Assembly (NCBI GenBank): GCA_035637535.1
Contig: DASPWZ010000032.1
Location: forward strand, 16,421-80,420
Origin: Candidatus Dormiibacterota bacterium
GTDB lineage: Archaea; Thermoproteota; Bathyarchaeia; 40CM-2-53-6
Direction of reading: 5' to 3'
Length of the DNA stretch: 64,000 bases
Each line of letters begins with the position of its first letter. The first letter of the stretch is position 1. The notes beneath the pieces are model-generated. The model worked only from the letters and a program-made list of their open reading frames with translations, was not told the DNA's origin and ran no database searches. Below, one piece after another: positions 9,626 to 19,489 of this stretch. The translations under genes were made by a program, and so were the position numbers.

Positions 9626-10456
9626 CTACAGATTGTGACTTTCAAGAAAATTCTGAACGAGTTTCTCGACTTCTTGAGGTGAATCCTCAGGAACGAAATG
9701 TCCAGCGTTCACTGTCTCGAGCTTCGATTCCGGAATCATCTTGGAGATTCGTTCAGCATAGGTCGTCCCTGATTTTCCTGTGCCCCAAATTATCGTCGTT
9801 GGAACCTTCAGATGAGTGAGACCCTGCTCGACCTCCTTCAGCGGCTTGAAGCTCGGATGATAATTTGAATCGGGAAACATTCTCGCAAACGCTTGGTAGG
9901 CTTGTTTTGACTCGTCATCAGGAAACGGAGCCCAGTAGGCCTTCATAGTCTCCTCGGATATTTTCTCAGGATGCATGGCAGAATCTTTGATTATCGAAGG
10001 AGTAATTTTCGAAGCAGCAGCAGGTGGAATGCGAAAGTCCGTTGTGAGAAATGTGTTGAGAATGACCAGCCCAGCGATATTCTGAGGGTTGCGCACTGCA
10101 TATTGCAACGCGAAGGGAGCCCCCCAATCATGAACGACCAGAACTATATTCCTGAGTCCCAAGGACTGGATTAGCCCAGAGACTATCCGGGAATGATGGG
10201 GAAAGTCGTGGAGCAGAGGGTTTGGCTTGTCAGACTTACCGAACCCCATCAGGTCCATTGCGATGGCCCGGTGACCGGAAGATATTGCGGGTATGAGACT
10301 TCTCCACATATAGGACCAGGCTGGATTGCCATGGACCATTACGACCGGCCGGCTCCCGTAGCCTTCGTCTACATAGTGAATTCCGAGACCGTCGATTTGG
10401 ACCCAACGCTCCTGAAACGGCCAACCCTCAAAGTACGGCCACCCCTGCCTTATCAT
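9626..10456 (-). CDS. alpha/beta hydrolase, haloalkane dehalogenase-like
   Basis: 276 aa. HGNPAWSYMWRSLIP resembles the HGNPTSSYLWR motif; nucleophile elbow VVHDWG. Confidence 0.8.
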   Translation of the reverse strand: MIRQGWPYFEGWPFQERWVQIDGLGIHYVDEGYGSRPVVMVHGNPAWSYMWRSLIPAISSGHRAIAMDLMGFGKSDKPNPLLHDFPHHSRIVSGLIQSLGLRNIVLVVHDWGAPFALQYAVRNPQNIAGLVILNTFLTTDFRIPPAAASKITPSIIKDSAMHPEKISEETMKAYWAPFPDDESKQAYQAFARMFPDSNYHPSFKPLKEVEQGLTHLKVPTTIIWGTGKSGTTYAERISKMIPESKLETVNAGHFVPEDSPQEVEKLVQNFLESHNL

Positions 10457-10586
10457 CTGGTCAGATGCCCTCGGACACTAACGATGAGTGCAATGGGGTC
10501 CGAATCTCAAACGATATAGGAGTGTTGTAACTGCAAAAAGAAACCATAATATTTCGTTGTTCTACTTCCGTCAATGAGGTTTCCAT

Positions 10587-11411
10587 ATGGATTGGGGAAT
10601 GAGAAATCGCCTATCACGAATTATCAAGCCATCTACCGGTCACGCCGTGATGTTAGCAGTAGACCACGGCTACTTCATGGGACCGACTCACAAACTGGAA
10701 GAGCCACGCAAGACGATCGAGCCGCTACTGCCCTACGCAGATGCCATCATGTGCACTCGAGGAGTCCTCCGCACATCAGTCGACCCCAAGACCAGCGTCC
10801 CGATCGTGTTGAGGGTCTCTGGAGGCGCAAGTGTCATTGGGGAGTCGCTGACGAACGAAGCGACTACCACCTCGTTCAAAGACGCGATCCGGCTCAACGT
10901 CGCCGCAGTTGCCTTATCGATCTTCGTCGGGACCCAGCATGAACATCAGACTCTGAAGAGTCTGGGTCAACTAGTGAACCTCGGAGAGGACTATGGGATT
11001 CCGGTGCTCGCAGTTACAGCTGTCGGAAAGGAGTTGGAGAAGAGGGACGTGAGGTACCTGGGACTGGCTTGCCGAATTGCTGCCGAGCTAGGCGCTCACT
11101 TCGTCAAGACCTACTTCTGTGAAGATTTTGGAAGAGTCGTCAAAGGCTGCCCTGTCCCCCTTGTCGTGGCGGGGGGACCGAAGCTAGAAACAGCACTAGA
11201 CGCGTTCGAACTCGCCCATGACGCCATAGCGGACGGGGCGATCGGTGTGGACATGGGACGGAATATTTGGCAGTCAGAACACCCAGTTGCCATGATCACA
11301 GCCATTCGCGAAATAGTCCATAACGGAGCAAGCGTGAGGGAAGCACAGCAAGCATTCGAGGAAGCCAAGACAACGAAAACTCCAGTCTTAGCAAAAACTC
11401 CCATCACGTAA
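10587..11411 (+). CDS. lsrF: LsrF-like class I aldolase/thiolase (DhnA/FbaB superfamily)
   Basis: 274 aa. Aligns by eye along its whole length with E. coli LsrF (DWGMRNRLSRI..MLAVDHGYFMGP..ADAIMCTRGVL..FVKTY..GCPVPLVVAGG..VDMGRNIWQSEHPVAM). Confidence 0.8.
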   Translation: MDWGMRNRLSRIIKPSTGHAVMLAVDHGYFMGPTHKLEEPRKTIEPLLPYADAIMCTRGVLRTSVDPKTSVPIVLRVSGGASVIGESLTNEATTTSFKDAIRLNVAAVALSIFVGTQHEHQTLKSLGQLVNLGEDYGIPVLAVTAVGKELEKRDVRYLGLACRIAAELGAHFVKTYFCEDFGRVVKGCPVPLVVAGGPKLETALDAFELAHDAIADGAIGVDMGRNIWQSEHPVAMITAIREIVHNGASVREAQQAFEEAKTTKTPVLAKTPIT

Positions 11412-11480
11412 ACTCTTTCTCAAAGCATGAATGCTGATCGCACGACTTTTTCGGTCTTCTAACTCTATGGTGACATTCGC

Positions 11481-12182
11481 TTGACGAAGAAGCTCTACTG
11501 GGAACAGCCCTACTCACAAGATTTCACAGGGAAGATAGTCGGGTCCGATGGGACCCGGGTCGAGCTTGACCAGACCTTGTTCTACCCCAGGGGTGGAGGC
11601 GTATCTTGTGATACCGGCGTCTTGGGCGGTATGAAAGTAGTGGAGACTTCGAAGGAGGGAGACAGGATTCTTCACGCCTTAGAATCTCCTCCCAACTTCG
11701 CTGTCGGACAATCCGTCACCGGTAAAATAGACTGGGACAGACGTCACCGACTAATGCGTATGCACACTGCAGGCCATCTGTTGAGCGCTCTCTTCTATTC
11801 TGGCGCCAAGTGTCTCATTACTGGTAATCAGATTGACGTTGACAGATCTCGGATGGACTTTAGCCTCGAGGTATTCGACCGGTCTCAGATCGAGGGATTC
11901 GTAAATGAAGCTAACAAGCTCATTGCCAATGACGCGCCCGTCAAGTCGTACTTCTTAGAGAGAAACGAAGCTCTGAAGATCCCGGAGATGGTGAAATTGG
12001 CGGAAGCGGCTCCCGCGGTTGAAGCTCAACTCCGGATAGTAGAAATCGCAGGGATAGACCGACAGGCCGACGGTGGGCTACACGTAGCGCATCTGAAGGA
12101 GATAGGACGGATCGAACTCTTGAAACTGGAAAACAAGGGAAAGACGAACCGGCGACTGTACTACGACGTCACGAACGCGTGA
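11481..12182 (+). CDS. alaX: AlaX-like alanyl-tRNA editing domain protein
   Basis: 233 aa. HTAGHLLS (HxxxH) motif and tRNA_SAD-like C-terminal half. The usual CGG.H motif is DGGLH here. Confidence 0.7.
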   Translation: MTKKLYWEQPYSQDFTGKIVGSDGTRVELDQTLFYPRGGGVSCDTGVLGGMKVVETSKEGDRILHALESPPNFAVGQSVTGKIDWDRRHRLMRMHTAGHLLSALFYSGAKCLITGNQIDVDRSRMDFSLEVFDRSQIEGFVNEANKLIANDAPVKSYFLERNEALKIPEMVKLAEAAPAVEAQLRIVEIAGIDRQADGGLHVAHLKEIGRIELLKLENKGKTNRRLYYDVTNA

Positions 12183-12344
12183 TAAATTCAAGACCCAGGG
12201 TTTCTACCATTGCTCAACGCTAACACTTGATTGAGATTTCTGGTCAATATGGTACTGCAAAATCGGGTTTTTATTTGGGTCTTCTGACTCCGTGGAATTA
12301 TTCGGGTTTCAGGCGATCTCACAAGCTGTGAAAGAACTCGCATC

Positions 12345-13295
12345 GTGTTTCAGGGGAACACCGCTCTGATTGGCTTCGATAAGGCTGGCAAGAGATTCGG
12401 CACGCTTGATGCCGTCAAAGAGTTCTCGATGACTATTCAGGACGAGGAGATTCTTGGACTTTTGGGTCCGAACGGAGCAGGCAAGACGACCCTGATGCTG
12501 ATGATGGGCACAGTCTATCGCCCAACGAGCGGCAAGATTTCTGTGAATGGATTGGATGTCGTTCAGCATCCGAACGATGTGAGAAAGATGATTGGAATTG
12601 CCTTCCAGGATCCTCGAGTCGACGGAATACTGGGAGCGTTTGATGTGCTCAACTGGCATCTGAAGATGACGACGAACCTCGACAAGGTGGAGCGCGAGGA
12701 TCGTGTAGAGAAGGTCCTGCGGGCTGTCGATCTCTGGGATGCGAGGAACAAGAGAACCTGGTTGATGAGTGGTGGAATGCGGAAGAAGGTTGAGGATTGT
12801 AAGGTCCTGGCGCAGCGTCCGAAGATTGCTGTGTTTGACGAGCCGACCGCTTTCCTCGACGTTCCGAGTAGGTTGCTGATGTGGAAGATGATTCGGGAGC
12901 TTAGGGACGAAGGCTCTACTGTAATTGTTGCGACGAACATGATGGACGAAGCTGAGAGACTCTCCGACCGAGTCGCAATCGTAAACCTCGGCAAACTCGT
13001 CGCCATCGACACGCCTGAACAACTGAAAAGCAAGACGAAGGGTGGGGAAGTCCTAGAACTTACGGTAGGAAACGGGCAGGAGTTTCCACGCGAATGCCTT
13101 ACACAGTTTACCGAAATACAAGACGTGAATCAGGAGAATAACAGAGTTATCGTCTACTTGAGCGGGGGTAGGCTGCTCCTACCGAAGATTGTCGAGACAC
13201 TGACCAACCGGGGAGTGAAGATCGACAGCGTTCATCTAAAGGAGGTCACCTTGGAAGATGTCTTTCTCAACTACACAGGGCACAGACTCGAGTGA
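12345..13295 (+). CDS. ABC transporter ATP-binding protein (ABC-2 exporter type)
   Basis: 316 aa. Walker A GPNGAGKTT, signature MSGGMRKK, Walker B IAVFDEPT. Confidence 0.85.
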   Translation: MFQGNTALIGFDKAGKRFGTLDAVKEFSMTIQDEEILGLLGPNGAGKTTLMLMMGTVYRPTSGKISVNGLDVVQHPNDVRKMIGIAFQDPRVDGILGAFDVLNWHLKMTTNLDKVEREDRVEKVLRAVDLWDARNKRTWLMSGGMRKKVEDCKVLAQRPKIAVFDEPTAFLDVPSRLLMWKMIRELRDEGSTVIVATNMMDEAERLSDRVAIVNLGKLVAIDTPEQLKSKTKGGEVLELTVGNGQEFPRECLTQFTEIQDVNQENNRVIVYLSGGRLLLPKIVETLTNRGVKIDSVHLKEVTLEDVFLNYTGHRLE

Positions 13296-14061
13296 CCTGT
13301 CAGGTCAGACAACCTTCCGGCTATTCCTCCAGATAGCCCAGAGAGACATCGCAACTCTCTTTCGGACCCCCTGGATCATAATATCTAGGAGTCTTGCCTT
13401 CATAATCCAACTATTCGTTTTTGCCTACCTGATCAGTAGGCTCGTAACAAGTTACCCTGGCTACTTCGACTACTACGCCGTGGGAGCCGTAGTTTCTACC
13501 GTTGCGTCGATCTCTTTCATAATCGGTTATGATATTTTCGAAGAGGCTGAAGAGGGTCTGTTGGATTACCTGCTAACACTGCCGATCCCAAGGCGTGAGT
13601 TCATCATCGGCCGTGCCTTCGGGGGCGCGGTCCGTTCTATGATATACACGATTCCATTGTTTGTCATAGTCGCAGTAGTGGAGAACTTTGCGAATCCGCT
13701 CTCTCTACTGGGGGCAGTTCTTGATTTGTTTCTCATTGCATTTGGCGTGACAGGGCTTTCGATAACTGTAGCGGTTAGTGTTCGTAGCGCGAACAGGTTT
13801 GATGTAGTCCTGGCTTTGTTGGAGTTGGCGGTGACAAGGGCAAGCACGGCGTTGTATCCTTTGGTCGCCCTTCCCTCTTATGTGAAGATCCTAGCGCCAT
13901 TTTCCCCCGTTTCATTTGCTGCCGATAGTGCTAGACAAGCATTGATGAAATCCAGCCTAGATGTTCTAGGGCTGGCGGGCCTTGTAGCTTTTGTCGTTAT
14001 TTTCCTTGGTTTAGGAGCCACCTTCTACTTTCGCCGTTTAGAGGGAGGAGTCTACGCATGA
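13258..14061 (+). CDS. ABC-2 type transporter permease
   Basis: 267 aa, about 6 TM helices. Overlaps the ATPase gene end, so it is operonic. Confidence 0.65.
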   Translation: MSFSTTQGTDSSDLSGQTTFRLFLQIAQRDIATLFRTPWIIISRSLAFIIQLFVFAYLISRLVTSYPGYFDYYAVGAVVSTVASISFIIGYDIFEEAEEGLLDYLLTLPIPRREFIIGRAFGGAVRSMIYTIPLFVIVAVVENFANPLSLLGAVLDLFLIAFGVTGLSITVAVSVRSANRFDVVLALLELAVTRASTALYPLVALPSYVKILAPFSPVSFAADSARQALMKSSLDVLGLAGLVAFVVIFLGLGATFYFRRLEGGVYA

Positions 14062-14795
14062 GTTCGATTCATCTCATCCCACGAGTGATCGAGAGAGATG
14101 TTAGGATTCTATTTTCGGACACGTTCCTGATAGGAATAATGTTCGCCAATTTCTGCATAGACTTGTTTGTCACCGCCGCTACGTTCGGAAATCTCATTGG
14201 TTCTAGCTTCTTCCTCAGAATTGCTCCAGGATCCAACCTCATAACAGCGATGGTTGCTGCTTTTCAATCTGGCCGGGACATTTGGAGGGAGAAGTACATC
14301 AAAGATCTCGCCTCGTATCTCTTGACTCTTCCAGTTTCACGCCGATTGTTCGTCCTTTCTAGGATTGTCGGCGGAGTAGCACGAAGCCTAGTAGTTACAA
14401 TTCCAGGCACGCTCGTCATATCATATCTATACGGTATACTCTTCAGCCCCCGCCTTGTCGAAGCATTTGTTATCGTCGGAGTATTTTCCCTGGGCATAGT
14501 CGGCCTCTCGATAGCAGTGTCGGCCTTCGCCGCGACCATTGAGGTGTTCGCGACGGTGAGAAGCGCGATACAGCTCTACCTCTCATTCCTGAGCACAATA
14601 TTCTACGATGTCAGTCTCTTCCCCGCAGCGGTGCAACCGATTGTTCAGACGAACCCCATGACTTGGGCGATGGCGGCGTTCAGAGCGCTTCAGAGCCAAG
14701 GGTCAACATTGTATCCGATATCAGTTCTCGTTGGACCGTCACTGGCGTTTGCGTTGCTGGGGGCTCTCTGTTATCTCTGGTACACCAGACTATGA
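14058..14795 (+). CDS. ABC-2 type transporter permease (second subunit)
   Basis: 245 aa, 6 TM helices, 4-nt overlap with the upstream permease. Confidence 0.65.
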   Translation: MSSIHLIPRVIERDVRILFSDTFLIGIMFANFCIDLFVTAATFGNLIGSSFFLRIAPGSNLITAMVAAFQSGRDIWREKYIKDLASYLLTLPVSRRLFVLSRIVGGVARSLVVTIPGTLVISYLYGILFSPRLVEAFVIVGVFSLGIVGLSIAVSAFAATIEVFATVRSAIQLYLSFLSTIFYDVSLFPAAVQPIVQTNPMTWAMAAFRALQSQGSTLYPISVLVGPSLAFALLGALCYLWYTRL

Positions 14796-14912
14796 TTAGA
14801 AAGAAGCCGATGTCAGAAACCTGCCTAATCAAATCCCCTCATCGAGAGACCTGAGCTAGCGGCTAGTTCGATCTAGGAATAGCCTGAAATAACCAGAATT
14901 GGGACTTAGCGT

Positions 14913-15479
14913 ATGCCTAACTGTCCTGTGTGCGGGAAGGAAGTCCAATCAACGACAACCTACTGCCCGACGTGTGGTACCAGTCTCAAGCAGACCAGTC
15001 CCGGTTCATCCGCGCAGAGCGGAACCTACTCGCCTAACTATTACTCTCCTCAGCCGGGCACCGGAATGCCAGCAACAGGTCAGCCCCCTCACAGCCATCG
15101 GAAGTACATTCTTGCACTCATCATTGTCGGACTAATCGGTCTGATTGTTGGAGGGCTCGTCACCAGCACATTACTCATAGGACCCGACGTGACCGACGTA
15201 ACAGGAACAGTCTCGCTTGGAAGTCCCTACTTTGATCAGTATCATGGCTCCCCGAATCACATACTTTTCACCAGCGCGATAACCGGCAATCTAAGCTCGG
15301 GCGTCTTCCCCGACAAATCCTACCAGGTATACCTCCCCATTCTCTCAAGTGGAAGTTACGCTGTCACAATACAATGGACGAATGTCACAGCCGGGGCGGG
15401 TTCATTCTATAGCTGCACACCTAATCCGAGCACATTCAGTTCATTCAGCCAGAACGCTACGCAGAACTTCTCGTGCTAA
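14913..15479 (+). CDS. zinc-ribbon membrane protein (hypothetical)
   Basis: 188 aa. N-terminal CPVCG..x11..CPTCG ribbon, Pro/Gln-rich linker, one TM, extracellular beta domain. Confidence 0.55.
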   Translation: MPNCPVCGKEVQSTTTYCPTCGTSLKQTSPGSSAQSGTYSPNYYSPQPGTGMPATGQPPHSHRKYILALIIVGLIGLIVGGLVTSTLLIGPDVTDVTGTVSLGSPYFDQYHGSPNHILFTSAITGNLSSGVFPDKSYQVYLPILSSGSYAVTIQWTNVTAGAGSFYSCTPNPSTFSSFSQNATQNFSC

Positions 15480-15573
15480 GCGGGTTGGAGCACCCTTAGC
15501 CATCCAGCCGAACCCCTCCGTCGGCATGTATAAGCTAGATCGACCCCATAAATTCAGCTCCTGATGAACCCCG

Positions 15574-16314
15574 ATGGACTCTCAAGACGAAGACATCGAA
15601 GTTAGAGCGCCCGGGTTCGCCGTTGATCTCGTAAGAGTGTCCAAGGAATATCTCCTGAACGGAAAGGCTGTCAAAGCCCTTGCGTCGATAACCCTTGATG
15701 TCAAGGAGGGAGAGGTTGCGGCTATCGTCGGACCATCTGGAGCTGGCAAGACTACTGTTCTCAACCTAATCGCCGGACTCGAGAAACCTTCGAATGGGGA
15801 TGTGAGAGTCTTAGGGTTGGACTTGACCGTTTCCAATGAACACGCTCTTTCAGCCTTCAGATCCGCAAACATAGGCTTCATCTTTCAATCCTACAATCTC
15901 GTCTCGACTCTGACCGCGGAAGAGAACGTGGAATTGATGATGGAACTTGCCGGATGGAGTGATAGCGGAAGGAATGAGAAATTGACCGCGGAGCTCATCA
16001 GCATGGTTGGGCTCACTGAGAGGGCAAAGCATCTTCCGGCTCAGCTTAGCGGAGGAGAGCAGCAACGTGTTGCGATTGCACGTGCAATTGCCAATGATCC
16101 GCCTCTAATTCTCGCCGACGAGCCGACGGGAAACCTTGACCAGCATACTGGGCTGGAAATCGTCAAGCTTCTCGCGCAGGTGAAAGGGGAGAAGGGCAAG
16201 ACCATTGTTGTCACGACGCATGATGATCGGATCGTTGAGATGGCAGACGTGATCTTTCGTCTCGAGAATGGAAGGTTGGGAAGCGTTGATAGGCCCGCTA
16301 GGGTTCGCAGTTAA
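15574..16314 (+). CDS. ABC transporter ATP-binding protein (MacB/LolD-like)
   Basis: 246 aa. Walker [24 protein letters not shown], Walker [13 protein letters not shown]. Confidence 0.9.
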   Translation: MDSQDEDIEVRAPGFAVDLVRVSKEYLLNGKAVKALASITLDVKEGEVAAIVGPSGAGKTTVLNLIAGLEKPSNGDVRVLGLDLTVSNEHALSAFRSANIGFIFQSYNLVSTLTAEENVELMMELAGWSDSGRNEKLTAELISMVGLTERAKHLPAQLSGGEQQRVAIARAIANDPPLILADEPTGNLDQHTGLEIVKLLAQVKGEKGKTIVVTTHDDRIVEMADVIFRLENGRLGSVDRPARVRS

Positions 16315-18169
16315 GAGCCTGCGACGGCGAGGCTTTCACTCCTACCTCGCTTTCCTAGGACTGGCTCTCACTGTTGCTACGACGACGTTCCTTCTTCTGC
16401 TTGGTCAGGATCTAGCTACGAGACTCGGGATTGATTCGTCGATGAGATCAACGTTCGGGATTTCTTGGCTGATCTTCGCTTACTTGGTCCTCGCTGTGGG
16501 TCTCATTGGCATCGTGGGACTGCTATCCACGTCCTACTTGGTGTCATCGATGATCAGCCAGCGGATGAGGGACATTGGCGTGATCAAAGCTGCGGGCGCT
16601 CTCCCTAGACGTCTTCTTTCATACGTAACATTCGAGGCTCTTCTCGTGATAGTTTCGAGCTGTCTGGTAGGGGCGCTCTCGGCCCTCCTAGTCTATGCTT
16701 CTTGGTCCTGGCCATCAATTTTACTATTCAAGCAAGTAGGGCCAATTGCTAATGCTGGTGCAACTATTCTGATTGTGGTCCCGATGTTCTCTTTCTTGCT
16801 CGCCTACCTAGTCGCGAGCTTTCGAGTAAGAAGAATTGTCGGGTCCAGCAGCGTCAACGCTATTTCAAAACAGCTCGACAACTTGGATCTGAAGAGTCTC
16901 GGAAAACCCCTCCGGATCAAGAGGTTCGGCTCCGCCTTCAACTTGGCAACAAGAAACGTTTCGCGGGACAGAGGGTTCAACAAAACTCTCCTCAGTATCT
17001 GCGTATGTATCTGTCTCAGCATGGTTGTCCTATCTGGAGCGCTGGTCTCGGCTGATACGTCAGCGAGCTACGTGGTCCGCGCCATGCCTCCACATGTCCT
17101 AATCGTTGCGAACAGTAACATCTACAACCAGTACGTTAGCCTAGCAAAGTCCTTTTCCCGAATAACCCCTCTTGCTTCGATAAACTATGCGAACGAATCA
17201 TACATCATCTCTTCCCAGAACTCATCCGCGTTTAGAGCGATTCCAGGGGTCGAGACGGTCGACACCCGACTGATAACGATGAGCTCGATAACAGGCTACG
17301 TCAAGGCACATTTCGCGAGCAACCAGGACACCGGGGAGAACATCAACACCCAGATCATTCCTGAAGTGGACACTGGTTCAACCGACGCGCTCATAGTGGG
17401 AATCAACGCAACCAGTGCCATAGGTGACTGGTACACTTCTGATGGATTTCTGCAGGGCAGTGATGCACAGTACACTATGATCGCTGGCGACTCGCTGGTA
17501 GGAAATATCGTCCAGACGCCCTTCAATCTTTCCCAGGTAAGCGCCTTCGGCTATCGGTATGACGTCAAGAGCGCGCTGGTAGATCCCCTCAACGCTGGAC
17601 GAGTTCTGTATGCACCTGTCCAAACTCTTCAAAAGAGTCTCGGACTAACCGGCTTCAATGTTCTGCTCTTGAAAGTGAATAATGACCCAACAGTCTTGTC
17701 GGCAGTGTCGCAACTGGCAAGCTCATTGGGGTTGGCAGTCGGTTCCCAAGATCCAATTCTGAACTCAAACTTGGCATTTCTGAATGGTACATGGTCCTAC
17801 ATTTTCATCATCCCGATTCTATCTCTGGCCCTGACGTGCGGGATATTGCTAAGCTACTTAGCAACGAATTTCTCTCGCAGGTTCAATGACTACGTAGTTT
17901 TGAAGGTGTTAGGTGCAAATGTCTGGTACAGGCTGAGACTATTGCTATGGGAATCATGGGGAGTCCTCGCGATCTCCATGTTGATCGCAATCCCGGTCGC
18001 ATGGGCCGTCTCGATCTTCTTCCTTATTCCAGATCCCATCGTATCGATCGCGAATCTTGAGCTTTCAACGATTGTTTCGGCATCAGCTCTCAGCGGCGTA
18101 TCTGTGGCTAGCGCCGCGATTTTATCAAGGAGGATTGGATTAACGACTGTCAAGGATCTGAAACCGTGA
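16268..18169 (+). CDS. FtsX/MacB-type ABC permease with large extracytoplasmic domain
   Basis: 633 aa. Has TM segments at both ends flanking a ~300-aa soluble domain. Overlaps the upstream ATPase gene. Confidence 0.75.
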   Translation: MEGWEALIGPLGFAVKSLRRRGFHSYLAFLGLALTVATTTFLLLLGQDLATRLGIDSSMRSTFGISWLIFAYLVLAVGLIGIVGLLSTSYLVSSMISQRMRDIGVIKAAGALPRRLLSYVTFEALLVIVSSCLVGALSALLVYASWSWPSILLFKQVGPIANAGATILIVVPMFSFLLAYLVASFRVRRIVGSSSVNAISKQLDNLDLKSLGKPLRIKRFGSAFNLATRNVSRDRGFNKTLLSICVCICLSMVVLSGALVSADTSASYVVRAMPPHVLIVANSNIYNQYVSLAKSFSRITPLASINYANESYIISSQNSSAFRAIPGVETVDTRLITMSSITGYVKAHFASNQDTGENINTQIIPEVDTGSTDALIVGINATSAIGDWYTSDGFLQGSDAQYTMIAGDSLVGNIVQTPFNLSQVSAFGYRYDVKSALVDPLNAGRVLYAPVQTLQKSLGLTGFNVLLLKVNNDPTVLSAVSQLASSLGLAVGSQDPILNSNLAFLNGTWSYIFIIPILSLALTCGILLSYLATNFSRRFNDYVVLKVLGANVWYRLRLLLWESWGVLAISMLIAIPVAWAVSIFFLIPDPIVSIANLELSTIVSASALSGVSVASAAILSRRIGLTTVKDLKP

Positions 18170-18199
18170 ATCCGATCTTACGAAAAATCGACACATCCA

Positions 18200-18547
18200 G
18201 TGACTCCAGCTAGGCGATGGGAACACAACTTGGCAAAAGACGAGGTGAGGGATTTGCCCTACCCATTTGAAAGCGTTTGGGATTCGGCCCTGATGATCCT
18301 TCAGCAACCGGGGTGGAATGTCGTTAGCGCCGACAAGGGAACAGGTGGTCTAGAATCGAAGATTGTCATGGACCTCCTCACTTGGACAGAGACTTTCTAT
18401 GTGAACATAGTCAGAATCGACGAAAACGCTACCCGCGTACACATGGGAAGGATCGGCGTTTCCCAGCCCCTCGACTGGGGATTAGCAGGTCAATACATTG
18501 ATTCATTCCTCAACAAGCTTGCTAGCGCCCTAAAGGGCGCAAGTTAG
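18200..18547 (+). CDS. hypothetical protein
   Basis: 115 aa soluble ORF with a GTG start. No family recognised. Confidence 0.45.
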   Translation: MTPARRWEHNLAKDEVRDLPYPFESVWDSALMILQQPGWNVVSADKGTGGLESKIVMDLLTWTETFYVNIVRIDENATRVHMGRIGVSQPLDWGLAGQYIDSFLNKLASALKGAS

Positions 18548-18672
18548 ACTGTCGATTTGATCTATCGCGCGGTAGAATTGGCATCTCGCACAGATCCGCA
18601 TGTCACAAACGACCAAGTTTCCTCGGGCACGGTGCCGTACGCCCATCGCCGTTTGTATGTACCGGCAAGAAG

Positions 18673-18854
18673 TGGTGCGGGGGGTGGGATTCGAACCCAC
18701 GAAGGCCTACGCCACGGGATAACACACCCGCGCTCCCAGAGGCATCAAGAAGTCCTCGACACCTCTCTTCATTCGGGTCTTGAGTGTAGCGCGCGCATGC
18801 TAAGGCGCGACCCGCCCATATGGTCAGCGTTTGACCTGACTCTGGTACCCCCGC
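18673..18854 (-). tRNA. tRNA-Leu, 182 nt, multi-intron (probable anticodon UAG)
   Basis: Minus strand reads GCGGGGG...GTGGGTTCGAATCCCAC-CCCCCGC-A-CCA. Has a type II variable arm (TGGCGTAGGCCTTC) and A73. The anticodon arm can be rebuilt as CGCGC-CTTAG//GA-GCGCG after removing ~64 nt. Confidence 0.75.
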
Positions 18855-18880
18855 TGTGAAACAGGCTCCTCTTGCTAAGC

Positions 18881-18890
18881 AAATATATCT
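18881..18890 (-). promoter_or_regulatory. TATA-box candidate for tRNA-Leu
   Basis: Reads agatatattt on the minus strand, 27-36 nt upstream of the tRNA 5' end. Confidence 0.45.
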
Positions 18891-19051
18891 TGAGTGGACG
18901 ACAAAGATGACCACAGAGCCTAGTCATCGTATGATTAGGTCGGAAGGAACGACTGAATATCGATCTAGCTCATGATATGGGCCAAGACCCTATTAGCGAG
19001 TTTTCCCATGCAGAACTCTTAGTTCTAATCTACATCCGCGTCGGTGGGATA

Positions 19052-19489
19052 ATGATGAAAAACAAGATGCTTGCAATCATCGTTATCACCGTGGCCGGAG
19101 TTCTAGGTGGAGGCATCATGACATTAGTAATCAGCCTTCCCAGTTCACCTTGTGCTGGGATAACAAGCGTCACGCATAACTTTACTATCATCGAAAACTT
19201 GAACGGGTACAACGATAGCGCGTACCACCCGGGATCGTGGCTCACGAAACCCTGGCCGGTGATGAATGTACGTCAGTGCGAGATGGTGGTCATCAAGATC
19301 ATGAATACTGACATCCAGACCCACGGCTTCGCGGTGGACTTCTACGCCACGCGAGGAACCGAAGTCCAGGGCGGTCAATCTCTGACCGTCCAATTCCTAG
19401 CGTCAAAGGTAGGTCAGTTCAGAGTGTATTGCATTGTCCCCTGCAGCGTACATTCCTCGATGCTATACGGATCGTTAAACGTCACTTAG
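19052..19489 (+). CDS. membrane-anchored cupredoxin-like protein (CuA-like ligand pattern)
   Basis: ORF 18977-19489; the likely start is MMKNKM at 19052. N-terminal TM, THGF..., C-terminal YCIVPCSVHSSM (C-x3-C-x2-H-x2-M). Confidence 0.55.
   Translation: MMKNKMLAIIVITVAGVLGGGIMTLVISLPSSPCAGITSVTHNFTIIENLNGYNDSAYHPGSWLTKPWPVMNVRQCEMVVIKIMNTDIQTHGFAVDFYATRGTEVQGGQSLTVQFLASKVGQFRVYCIVPCSVHSSMLYGSLNVT

Noticed and set aside
12309-13033. 237-aa and 156-aa minus-strand ORFs
   Set aside because: They are antisense to an ABC ATPase gene that has clear Walker A/B and signature motifs. They have low-complexity Ser/Arg/Leu composition typical of shadow ORFs.
18557-18914. 100-aa (+) and 103-aa (-) ORFs
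   Set aside because: Both run through the tRNA-Leu gene, and their GC-rich structured sequence gives spurious open frames.
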